Below, piece by piece: positions 21,704 to 32,500 of a stretch of DNA of 64,000 nucleotides; within the stretch, counting starts at the first letter, position 1, and each line of letters starts with the position of its first letter. This DNA comes from Paramoeba atlantica (taxonomy: Eukaryota > Protista > Discosea): positions 434,001-498,000 of the forward strand of contig CDRNVI010000040.1 in assembly GCA_977017575.1 (NCBI GenBank), in the 5' to 3' direction. A program made the translations under genes and the position numbers. The notes beneath the pieces were generated by a model. It did no database searches and was not told where the DNA came from. It was given only the letters and a program-made list of their open reading frames with translations.

Positions 21704-23284
21704 GGGTACGAGGACACTTCCGTGAGTACTCATCGAAACGCCCACGTGTCAAAACGAAAATCATCGAAACGAAAGAAACTCATCGAAGGTGATTTTAATT
21801 ACTTTTGAGGTGGTAGCTGCATTTTCGACTCGGGAGCAAACGCTGGTGCAGTCATGAAAGTTAAAGAAAACGTTGCGAAAATAAATTGTAGAAACGTGAA
21901 AGCAAAATAATGCCCGTGACTCTTCTTAGAAATACGATTTTCCATTGATTTAAAGAGCTTGATACCATATGAAACAATGGAAGCGCGCGTGAGTTAATTA
22001 AGAAATTACCTGGACAAAGAAATCCTAGGATTCGCACGGCACCAAGAAAACCACAGAAAACTCAGATACGAGACAAAAAAATATGTACAAAAAACCGTTG
22101 CTGTGGACGGAAAAGCTCGGAAGGCGGGGGTCGCTAGGCCCCTGCATTGTATACAATGCCCCTGACCTATGGCCACTTTACAGTGGCCATGAAAAGAAGT
22201 ATGTACAGAAAATAGAATTATAGATTTAGATTTATAATACCGCATTTTCTTCTTGGTGTAGTGCTGCATTGCCTAAGTCGTGTAGAATTTTCGTCACCAC
22301 CTTGTGCCTAATGGAACGGTTTCTCGCAATTTGGCCCGCTGTCAAATTATCGGCAATATCTGCTCAAATTCGAAGCAACTTTCCCGCGTCAATGTCCATT
22401 CGACCAGACGCATAAGGTTCAAGTTTTCCTCGCTTCATCCGACACGGATTGCGCTGGAATTCATGAAAACAGCACATTTGGATGTTAGGCCTTCCGGGTA
22501 TATCCCGCATCATACTTGGACCATGCACAGTACAAGAAGGTGCTTTCAACAGACCGTGATTTTTCATCCAGGATTCTGCACGCTTGCCTTGAGGGATCAT
22601 ATTAAAATTTCGCCACGCGCGCACACAAGAAAACTCAGCACAACCTGGACATACACGAACTGACGGAAGCAAAGTACGTGCAGCAGCTTCGGCCCCAACC
22701 AAGGGGCTAAAAATAAGTCTGTCAGCCCAGACACCAGGAGTTCGTAATTCCTCTGGAGTGCGAGGTAACTCTTCTTCTTCCTCTTGTTCTTGAGTGCGAC
22801 GCATTTCGCTGTCTACGAAACGCACAAAACTATTCAAAAGAGGTTCACGTGCACTCCCCGCTTGACTGTTATTCATTAAAAAGAAGGGACGAAACCAAAG
22901 TAAAATAGAACAGCCTAGTAATTTTTATCACGAGAGCTACAACGTGTAGAACTCCGTTCGAAGGGAAAAACGTGGGCTACGCTCACAGTTGGGCCTTGCT
23001 CGCAAACTACAGATACAGATAAACCCACGCTCACAGTTGGGCCTTGCTCGCAAACTAGGTCTCGCAGTATAGGAATAATACACAATCCTGCGGAAGTGGC
23101 AGACATAGGTTCTCAGTGTCGCCGCTTTCTTATTTTCATGTTCTCGATTTTTTTCTTTCCAAAGCAATTAAAATCACCTTCGATGAGAAGATTGACGTTT
23201 CGATGAGTCACCCTGTGACACGTAGGCACTTCGATGAGAAATCATCGAAGTGTCTCAAAAACTCACGGAAGTGCCCGTGGAGCG
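21704..23284 (-). mobile_element. Merlin-like defective element inserted in the DD35E transposase
   Basis: 8-bp direct repeat CTATTTTT at 21696-21703 and 23285-23292. Imperfect 23-bp TIRs share GG(A/G)CACTTCCGTGAG, with multiple subterminal TCATCGAA repeats. ORF 22876-22364 has WMKNHGLL..P.C..HG..M...C...C, resembling the Merlin/IS1595 N-terminal zinc ribbon. Confidence 0.65.
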
Positions 23285-24687
23285 CTATTTTTTTCTGCGA
23301 CGTAAGATATTTTTTTTCGGTGTAAATATTTTGGTTTTATTGGTTTCTTTTACTTTCAGATATTGCCTCACATATTTTACAGAAATATTAAATTCTCGTG
23401 CAAGTTGCTTCTTTGGGACACCGTGCTCGAACCTCAGGCGCAATAATGTCTTACCTATAGAGGTCATCCCCCCTTTTGGGGGACGGTACTTGGATTTTAC
23501 CATGAAATTTTAGAAAAAGAATATTTCTGAAACTGATTTTTTTAAAAGTTTTAAATGAAGCTAAAAACCCCGGGAACGTGCAGATCTCAAAATTCTAGAC
23601 GATAAAGTGGTGCTGCAACCCCCATGGGTCCCCGCACGCAAAAAATAAAGGGGGGTGCTTTATTCGTGTCGAGGTGTTTATAGGTCCCATACTTTAAAAA
23701 TACAATAGGGGAAACGATTTTGGAAAAATATTTTTTTTGCCATTTTTTTCGCCAAGTTGAAATTTTTTTCAAAAAAAAAATCCGAAAAAATCCGAACTTG
23801 CCGGACCCGTCCTGCGCATACGAGCGGGGGTCACCCCCGGGTAGGGGGGTGGAAAATACGCGCCAAGACCCCGGCTACACCTTCTGCGTTTTTTTTTCGA
23901 AAAAAAATTTTTTCAAAAAAATTTGCTCGACCATGACCCCCGCCATGGACCCCCCCCCTAGACTCTTTCTTTTCAGTTTTGGACCACCGGAGCCCCCTTT
24001 TATATTTTTTTCTTCTATTATATTACTGTGTTCCTCTTTATATTTTCACTGTTTTTGTTCACTTTTTTTCAATAATCGAGGGTAGAGCGGTAATTATACA
24101 ACCACCGCAATTGAGGGAGATACTACTCCCTCGCTACCGTAGGTTAATTCGTCGTGCCCGATTTCATGCCCGATCCTGGTCCGATTTCGTGCCCGATTTG
24201 TGGCCCGATTTCGTTTCAGATGAGTTTTCGAAAAAACTGTTTACAAAGACGTATGAATCGAATTCAGTGACAAGATCACTAGTTTTTCAACAATTCCGAT
24301 GGGTACCCCCTGCCCCCCCCCCCTCCCCACCAGGGTGATGATAGCAATTTTTGAAATTTAAAAAAAAAACAGCAAATTTATGGGTGAAAGTGAAAAAATA
24401 TATTTCTCCCAAATCAACTCCTAGACAATTTTTTGATAGTTTGGGACCTGATATGCCCGTGTACTCTTTGGTTTCATTCGATGCTCCTCCACCCTGTGCC
24501 GGTAATACACCTACAAAGGCCAAAATGTACCTGGAAGCGTGTGACACACAAGACCTTAGAGGAAGGAGGAGGCGCAAGGCAAAAAGGCAGAAGGCGGAGC
24601 CTTCTGTTTTTTTGTCGCGGCGACGACGACTTCCTCGCGTGGGAAGCTGTAAGGGGGTCCTAGGGAGCATATTTCGATGGCTATGTA

Positions 24688-24878
24688 ACTCAGGCTAAAG
24701 TGGACGAGGGAGATACTAAAAGTACTTTGGAAAAGCACCACAAAACTGGAACGGTATCTCCCGGTAAAGATCCTTTCGTCACATCAGAATGCTTTACAAA
24801 CCGGGAGATACCGTTCCAGTTTTGTGGTGCTTTTCCAAAGGTACTTTTAGTATCTCCCTCGTCCACTTTAGCCTGGGT
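24688..24878. mobile_element. Foldback MITE, 191 bp, with TIRs of about 78 bp
   Basis: 24688-24765 and 24800-24878 are near-perfect inverted repeats (AC(T/C)CAGGCTAAAGTGGACGAGGGAGATAC...) flanked by TA. Confidence 0.85.
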
Positions 24879-24945
24879 TATAATTATAAACTAAAAAGGT
24901 TTATTGATTATAATTATAGCTATTAATGAGAGGGGGAGTATTATA

Positions 24946-26209
24946 GTAGTGTAGGCTGGAGTAGTGCTTACATTCCCACGTACTTAGACTTCATCTACAA
25001 TTAAGCGTAGGACTTTCACTACAATTAAGCGTAGGAAATGTAAGCAGCATTAAAAAAAAGTACCTTCCCAACTTACTTAGCAAACAAAAAACAGGTCGCC
25101 CTCGCAAGCTTACCGAGACATCCTCCAATCGCGTCCGCCGCCTTATCACCAGCGGTACAACTAAGGATGCAGTCGCTACTAGTAAACGGTTAAGAGATGA
25201 GGGGATTGCAGATGTTTCACCTCAAACCATTCGGGTTTCCCTTCGGAAGCGTGGTTTGAAGGGGAAGAAGAAATTTGCAGATGTTTCACCTCAAACCATT
25301 CGGGTTTCCCTTCGGAAGCGTGGTTTGAAGGGGAAGAAGAAATTACGGAAGCCCCATCTCACGAAGCGTCACAAAGCTCTACATCTTGCTTTTGCAAAGA
25401 AGTACGAGCATTGGACGCACGCCGACTGGAGCCGTGTGCTCTTTACCGATGAAAGTAAGATCTGCCGTTTTGAGTCGAACGGCAGCCGGTGGGCGTGGGT
25501 GAGCTTTGGGGAAGCACTTTCAGAGCGAAATACTCACAGCACCGTGAAGTACTGTGGAGGATCCATCATGGTATGGGGGTGTATGATGGCTCACGGTGTG
25601 GGCTCCATTGCTCTGGTTCATGGCAACATGAATGCTGAACAGTATGTTCAAATACTTCAACAGTATTTGCCTCCTTCCCTCTACGAGGTGGATGTCATGA
25701 AGAGCCGTATCATCTTCCAACAAGATAATGATCCAAAGCACACGAGTAAGAAGGCTCGGGAATTCCTTCGTTTGGAAGAATTGTGTGTCCTAGATGGCCC
25801 CCGCAGTCTCCCGATTTAAATCCCATAGAGCACCTATGGGGCGAGCTCAAAAAGTCAACTGCGGATCACCCAGATCCTCCCGTAGGAATGTTGGAACTTT
25901 GGGAACGCGCCCAAAAAGCGTGGGCAGACCTTCCTCCGAGTGCATGTCTTCCTCTTGTCCGCAGCATGCCCCGTCGTTTAAGGGCAGTAATTAGGGCGAA
26001 GGGGGGACTTACGAAGTATTAAGTTTTGGTCATTTTGGTTTGGTAAGGGTGAAGTAAGACAAAGTTTTGGTCAAAAAAAATATTCTCAAAAAAGTGAAAA
26101 AAGTGTTCGAGTGTTGGGCTCGGATTATATCTTTCATAGTTTTTTATAGTAAGATCGTTGATGCAGTCTAAGTATGTGGGAATGTAAGCACTACTCCAGC
26201 CTACACTGC
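24946..26209 (+). mobile_element. Tc1 DD34E transposon, defective
   Basis: 50-bp TIRs match at 47/50 and are flanked by TA. Motifs GRPRK, LFTDESK, VWGCM, QQDNDPKH and (frameshift) PQSPDLNPIE. Contains a 69-bp internal tandem duplication at 25206-25343. Confidence 0.92.
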
Positions 26210-27029
26210 TATAATATACTACTGCATTATCCTCTGCATCTCTTTTATAAAATATAAAAACATTAAAATTTGTGAAAACATTTGAACACTTTTGTTAGTT
26301 ACTGTACAGTACATGTATATCAGGACCCGACGTCAGTTTGTATTTATATACTGTCTACTTCAAGTTTTTCATATCACAATACGCTATACCTTTCTCCCTG
26401 CGAACCGTCATTGTCCTCCAACATCACTCCCTTCTTCTCCCCTCTCTGCGAACAACCATTCCCCACCACCGCCACTCCCTTCTTCCCTCACTGCGAAAAG
26501 TCATTCCCCACCACCATCCCAGTCGTCTCGCCCACGTCGCCTTGATGCTTGGGTTACAATACGCCCTCCTGCCCCACGAGTCGGTGCTCTATCAAACCCC
26601 ATACCTTATAGCGGTTTGACAAAAGAAACTACTACTATACTAGTACGGGAAAGGTAGAAAACCTACTCATACGATAAAGATACCGTTTCGGTAAAGCCAA
26701 CTTTATCCGAACGCTTTGGAGATTCCTAAGATAATGAAAAAAGTTTGGGACTTTTGTTTTATCTAACCAAATACATTGACCCCCCCACTTAGAGGGGTGA
26801 CTCTGGGTGGGAGCGCCTGGGAGCGCCAAGGATATCTTTCGTCAAAATTTTCTTCCTTAGCTTCTTAATATTTTTTGCTTCAATCGGAAGATACAGAAAT
26901 CATGTTACTGGAATTGTTATTCTGCAGGACTTAAACGCGGGTTTCGGCATGTAATACACGTTAATAATACATTGTGCTTAGAGGGGTGACTCTGGGTGGG
27001 AGCGCCTAGGATCCCGCCTAGAATTTTTT

Positions 27030-27177
27030 CCAACTTTTTTTTCGTGAAAAATCCGAACTTGGCGGACCCATCTTGCGGATACCAGGGGGGGGGGGGTCAC
27101 CCCCACGTGGGGGTGGAAAATTTGTTCACTTTTTTTAATAATCGAGGGTACAGCGGTAGTTAAACAACCACCGCAAT
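27030..27177 (+). mobile_element. Family A copy 3, internally deleted 3-prime fragment
   Basis: AAAATCCGAACTTGGCGGACCC...GGTCACCCCC is joined directly to the family A 3-prime end ...CAACCACCGCAAT. Confidence 0.75.
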
Positions 27178-27185
27178 ACACCTAA

Positions 27186-27700
27186 CGTTAGCACCGTCCA
27201 AACGGTGGGCTTTTCTTGGTCGAATGAGCAGAGCGTTGTAGTATCGGACTGCGTCAGGGACTCTGCTAGCTCACCCGCTAAAACTCCACTATCCCAGATG
27301 GTTGGTCCGGGACGGTCCTGGCTGGAGAAACGAAGTTTTTTACGCCTCCACTCCTCCGGAGATGGGGTGGGATTCGACCACAGCTTGCACGAGTGCAGTC
27401 CCACCTCCACCGAGGTTACAAGGTTGGCACGCGAGAAAAGGTGGTGCTAACAACGTATTCCCGGAGATGGACATGCCACGCCGTCTTACAACCCCGGAAC
27501 GCGGTTAACGACTCCGCGAATAGGGGTTAAACAGGAATAGGAATGGACGAATCCCTGCAGCTAGCTGGAAGTCCTTACTTCGGAAGGCTAGGGTCGCCAC
27601 GCCCCATCACCGACGACAGCCCAACGCCAGTCTCCCTTTCTAACTCTTTGTCGTGTTAGCCCAGCATGTTCCATCCAAGGGACATTGAGGATTCCGGACC
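27186..27700. other. GC-rich, hairpin-dense non-coding segment of unknown nature
   Basis: Several stems are visible by eye (see findings); no recognisable ORF. Confidence 0.35.
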
Positions 27701-27909
27701 TCTTTGAGAAAAAATCATTTTACCAAGTCGGATCTCCGTAGAAGTTTACTGGGAGCGCCCGGGCAGGAGTCACTCCTCTTAATTGTACTTTTTTCGAAAA
27801 AGTGGTGACAAATAAGTAATTTAATATTACATAATCGTTATTAGGCCTATAGAAATTTATGTGTTTCGATGAGCATAAGGTTATGATGGTCGTGTTACCA
27901 TCATAAGGT

Positions 27910-29127
27910 ATGAAGGTCGTGATTAATGCATGTCAGGTGTCTGGAGAATCCGAACCACGGTACTGCGTGCGAGATATCGAAAATGGGGACCCGGCAATGG
28001 ACGAATGGATGACGTGCCAAAAAGCACATTCGGATAAATTTCCTGTAGCGTGGGAATGGGTCGACATAAAGGACGGGGATACGTATTTAGAAGAGCGCTT
28101 TCAACATGATCGAAGAAGGCCACGCAATGTTCTGAACATACACTATAGCAATCGTACCATGCACCCGTGGTATTATTCCCCCATTCATGTGACAGGACTG
28201 ATCCCACCTTCTGAATGCAATCCACTATGGAGAGACATCTGGATTTGCTGTCTTTGTTTGCGTCCTTTTGCGTCACATTTTGAGCACACAAGGCACAGCT
28301 CCCGTTGCGTTTTAGAGATAGGAGAGGTGATTTATCATGACCCTATTAAGAAACTAAAGGTGTACTTCGTTTCAGGGGAGAAGCAACGCCGATTCTGCCG
28401 ATACTTGTGTCTACTAGCAAAATTTTTTCTTGAAGATAAATGGCTACGCTACGATGTCGATCGATATGAGTTTCATTGCCTAGTGGCTTATTCAGAGACC
28501 AGTTGTGTGTACAACGACTCCATTGAATGCGAAAAGGGTGTGATAACCTCTTTTTTTAGTCGAGACAAATACAGTTTGGTAAATAACCTGGCATGTATTG
28601 TAACTTTCCCGCCTTATCAAAGGCTCGGTCATGCAAGCTTTCTGGTTGACCTAAGCTACGAGCCGTGTCGACGGCTATGTCTTTCAGGGACAAACGTATT
28701 TGCAGGTCCCGAAGGGCCGCTAAGTCCATACGGGAAGGCTCTTTTTTTCAAGTACTGGGATTTAGTAGTTTTGCGCGAAATTGAAAAACAGAGAAACAAA
28801 ATGACCGTTAGCTTGAGCTTGATTTGTAATCTCACAGGTTTCTCCCCGGACACAGTCACGGATACTATTACCCGTCTTGGCATTTTCCACAGGCGTAGTT
28901 TTACGGAGTCAGCTGGTAGAGAGTTGACTTCGGAATCTAGTTCTTGCGATCGCGCATTCCCTACAACTGAAACACTTGTTGCACTTCTTCTTCCGAAGCA
29001 GCTTGTCACTTGGTTGAGGAAGCAATTGGGTCATGTTTTCTTTGTTGATCCTAAATATATTGCTAATAAAGATCATTCTTTTTATCACGTTGAGAACTTA
29101 AAAAATGTGGTCAAACAAAAAACATAG
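27910..29127 (+). CDS. MYST-family histone acetyltransferase
   Basis: PWYYSP, a C2HC finger C.LCL.......RH...C, NNLACIVTFPPYQRLG...LVDLSYE and G.PE.PLS.YG; chromo/Tudor-knot-like N-terminus. Confidence 0.92.
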   Translation: MKVVINACQVSGESEPRYCVRDIENGDPAMDEWMTCQKAHSDKFPVAWEWVDIKDGDTYLEERFQHDRRRPRNVLNIHYSNRTMHPWYYSPIHVTGLIPPSECNPLWRDIWICCLCLRPFASHFEHTRHSSRCVLEIGEVIYHDPIKKLKVYFVSGEKQRRFCRYLCLLAKFFLEDKWLRYDVDRYEFHCLVAYSETSCVYNDSIECEKGVITSFFSRDKYSLVNNLACIVTFPPYQRLGHASFLVDLSYEPCRRLCLSGTNVFAGPEGPLSPYGKALFFKYWDLVVLREIEKQRNKMTVSLSLICNLTGFSPDTVTDTITRLGIFHRRSFTESAGRELTSESSSCDRAFPTTETLVALLLPKQLVTWLRKQLGHVFFVDPKYIANKDHSFYHVENLKNVVKQKT

Positions 29128-29540
29128 ATATTTCGCGTTGTACATGTACAACATGTATGATATCCTAATTTGTCAAACATAAGACTTATTAATAGGATTA
29201 AAAAAGTTAATAATATTAATTTTTTTATAATAGAATATTAATCAGGCGGCGGTACAAGATTGGTACCGTCTCGGCGTTAGGGAGTAGGCTTCCGGTGGGA
29301 CTAGGGGGTTTCATATCCTTTTAATATATTTTGTTAAAGTTTTGTTCTTTTTATATTAATCCCCTTGTAATAATACAAGCGTACATAAAAATAATACAAG
29401 CTGACATCAAACTCCTAATGTGTCTGCTGTGGTTTTTCTACTTTTTTTCTATGTCAAATTTATGTATATTTTAAATTTATTCATCTATGCATACATGTAC
29501 GTGCTAAAGGCGATACTTTTTCACTTTTTCTATATACTAG

Positions 29541-32500
29541 ATGATTCATCACCCCCCTGAGATAAAAACGTCTGAAGATGGAGTTGGTTCTGAATTTTTT
29601 ATTCCTCGGCGGCTAGAAGACTTGGAAGTAGAAGATCCGGACCGAAGGCTACCCAACGTGTATTACGTTGACGGTATTATGGAAGTCGACACCATGAGCG
29701 CATCTGAACAAATAAGTACTTTGCAGGCAATATTGCACGAATTAAATCGCCGAGACGGTGGAGGTGTTCTGTCCGTGGTACAGAGCGGAAAATTTGATAC
29801 CCTATACAGTTTTCTTCGCCACAAAAAGTGCTTATCTAGAGAGTGTAAAGTGACTCTGTCACATGAATTACCGCAACTCCTCACCAGATTGTGTAAGCAA
29901 GTGGCCCAGGTGATTAGTCGGGCCAGAGCCTCAAGCGGTGGGCTTAGAGGCTTAAACAGTCGATTTTACATTTTGGCTCGTAGCGCACTGAAAATGTATT
30001 GCTTTTTACTGTCACAAGTTTTACTTCTGGTAGAAGATACTACAGTGCCTGCAGATGGAACAGGCGATGATGCTCTTGCTTCGCAAGTGTCTTCACAACG
30101 TTCTTTTGCGTCGTCTCGCAAGCGTGGAAGAGCGGCCCATCAACGAGCAGCCCAAGAAGTCAGTGCCGTTATTGATCTCAGTACTAAGGAAATGGCTCTC
30201 ACAGCGCTGCAAGAATTGCTTTCATCAGATCTCACCGCTGTGTGGTCTGGAGGTTCCATATCAGAGCAAGAAACACCTATTCAAGCGTCTTCATCCACTG
30301 AAGGGTCCGGTCACATTGAAGAATCTATGCTCAATTGCCTACTTACTGTGTGTATTGCAGTTTTGCTTCGAAAGGGAAATTTATTTGATTTTAGCGGGGC
30401 AGGTGGGGCCGGCGAATTGACAGCCGTTGGTCAAGTCTTGCATCTGTTGCTTGCTGCACTTGCTTATCATTACACTAAACTCAAGGACAGAGAGTGGCCG
30501 AAATTAATAGACCAGGATGTTGATGTTCCTCTTCAGGAATGTGGTAGCCAAAATTCCAGCGTTTCCGAATTAAAAGGTAATGATCCAAAATGGGATGAAG
30601 AATGTTCTAAAACGAGCGAAGACTCTTTTACAGAAAAGAATACTCTATTCCGGTATTTGAGAATGTGCAGCGTCCATCGAGATGTACGAGACATCGTGAT
30701 AACTCCATTGTGTGAACTCATATTGAAATATGACTTCGTTGCACAATACATGGCAACTTTTTTGCATGTCATGGACCGTGATTTTGTGTCAAGCGACGAT
30801 GAGATCATAAAACTGGAGGTACTCCTAAGTGAATGTACCAATCCCGAAAAGACGTACATGAGACCATGGGCGAAACGCATTGTGTATGCCTTCATCGAGC
30901 AGCTCACAGGATATTGTGGAGTTGAAAGTGGTGTCAATTTGCAGAAGCCTCCTGCTACCAATGTGTGCGATTCTGTTTCTTCCTCTGCCCCTGATCTAAA
31001 TTCTTGTGAAAATATACACATGAATTCGAATGCAACCCCTGAAGACATGTCGACCAAAATACCCATGAACAAAGAACCTACAATTATACATTATGTCAGC
31101 AATTCTGTCCTGAATATGGATTCAGCCACGGCGAAAAACATTGTTCTTTTTTTTGACTACTTAAGCGAGAACCACATCACGACGGTAACAGAACATATTT
31201 CATTGATTCATCCCCTGCTTAATGCATGCGAGAATTACGATATTCGAAAAACTGTGATGACTGCTATTACCGAACTTGTGGCACAAAAACATGGAACTGA
31301 AGGACCTTCACTCTTGTTACGTAGCTCTAGCGTGTCCACTTATAATCGAAGTGCGAGTGTTGCTTTTGGTGGTAGTATTTTGCTTCAAGATGGAACAGAG
31401 AGTGATACATGCTCTCTTAATGTGATCATGAAGTCGTTTTTAGCGGATTTGTTAGCCCGATTTATGGATATCAATCCAGTAGTCCGGACGCACTGCCTTA
31501 AAGTATGGTCGTATTTATGGGAAAGGCGTTCAGTGCCACTCACCTATCAGCTTCAAGTGGTAGAATGTGCAGTTCAACGCCTGGCAGATAGAAATAATCA
31601 TGTGCGAAAGGCGGCTTTTTCACTCTTGCATATCGCTGTTCGTCGAAACAGTGTTGGTGGACGTTGCTTAAGTCTCGGAAAGTTTGAGGAAAAGCTTCGG
31701 ATAATTGAGGAAGAAATACAGAGAATTCAGGCTAACATCTACGAGCTCGTTGGAACTGAGTCTAATACAAAGCCATCTGAAAATATTTGCAGTCCTGAAG
31801 TGTTCACAGGTCAGCCAAATGAATTATCAGATAGTCTCGACATAGTTGCCTCTTCAACACAAAATATGGAGATTCGAAAACTTGAGCAATTGAAGTCTGA
31901 TAGTACAAATAAGATCGAGCACTATAAGCGAGGAATACTTTTTATCGGCAGTCTCCATCGAGCGGTGGACACTGCATTCTCACTCTTAAATAGCAAAGTT
32001 GTACTTGATGTGCTAGAAAGTATCGATTTCATTTCCTTAGCAAACGAGTATCGCATTGATTACGCAGTAGAGCACGCCCATCACGTCTTTCCGCTGGTGT
32101 ATTCCAACGAACCCCAGATTCAAGAAGCGGTTAGAATTTCTTTTGCCAACACAATGTTTTTAAATTATCGCAAGCAAACAAATATCCCGTTATTAAAGAG
32201 GAATCTTGCGTGTGTACGAAAACTCATGAGTGTGGTTTCTCGCGCAGGTGAGGGTTTTCTTGCAGCAATGGAAACTATATGTCAGCAGCTACCCGAGCAA
32301 TCCACCACGCAGAACGTTATCACAGATGACTTACTAGGTACTTTGTGGAGCCTTGCACTAAGCAAACGCTTTGATAATATCGGTGAGGCAACTTCCAACA
32401 ACCAAGTATCTGAAATAATAGAGAATCAAAAATCAATGCGTTTATTCGCCATGATAAGTTACGCCTATCCGAAAGGTGTTCGCGAGCGTATTCCCGACAT

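Larger units (their letters stand above)
20447..23678 (-). mobile_element. IS630/Tc1-like DD35E transposon, disrupted
   Basis: TIRs AAC(C/A)CCTCGACAC(G)AATAAAGCACCCCC with TA on both sides. Transposase pieces: HTH at 23503-23285, FSDEK at about 21450, and QDGAGAH...WPANSPDLNPIE with 35 residues between D and E. Confidence 0.88.
20127..24111 (+). mobile_element. Family A copy 2 (lacks the 5-prime hairpin), interrupted by a DD35E transposon
   Basis: About 20130-20444 and 23681-24111 align with consecutive parts of copy 1; ends in CAACCACCGCAAT. Confidence 0.8.
18077..24938. mobile_element. TIR element with CTCCCCCTCTCATTAATA ends, carrying nested insertions
   Basis: Perfect 18-bp inverted repeats start at 18077 and end at 24938, each flanked by TA. 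The two ends could alternatively belong to two separate copies. Confidence 0.6.
17981..26304. mobile_element. Fully palindromic foldback MITE of about 190 bp, split by 8 kb of nested insertions
   Basis: 17994-18076 and 26215-26297 are inverted copies identical at 81/83 positions. Outer ends are TA|CAGTA (17979-85) and TACTG|TA (26300-06). Confidence 0.75.

Noticed and set aside
27365-27410. tRNA-like GGTCGAATCCCACC on the - strand
   Set aside because: It forms a single hairpin; no D-arm, anticodon arm or acceptor stem can be drawn.
27380-27460. HDV-like ribozyme or SRP helix 8 as a specific identity for the structured region
   Set aside because: P1 has two mismatches including the first pair, no P2 partner was found, and the SRP54-binding AGCAG half is absent. 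It is kept only as a generic structured-RNA candidate.
26789-27782. TIR element bounded by AGAGG(G/A)GTGACTC
   Set aside because: Only about 13 bp of imperfect inverted match, the TA register is off by one base and the left end is duplicated; too weak to list as a feature.
29270-29290. Telomerase RNA template (CCCTAAC on the - strand)
   Set aside because: Only 7 nt match; the expected CCCTAACCCTA template is not present.
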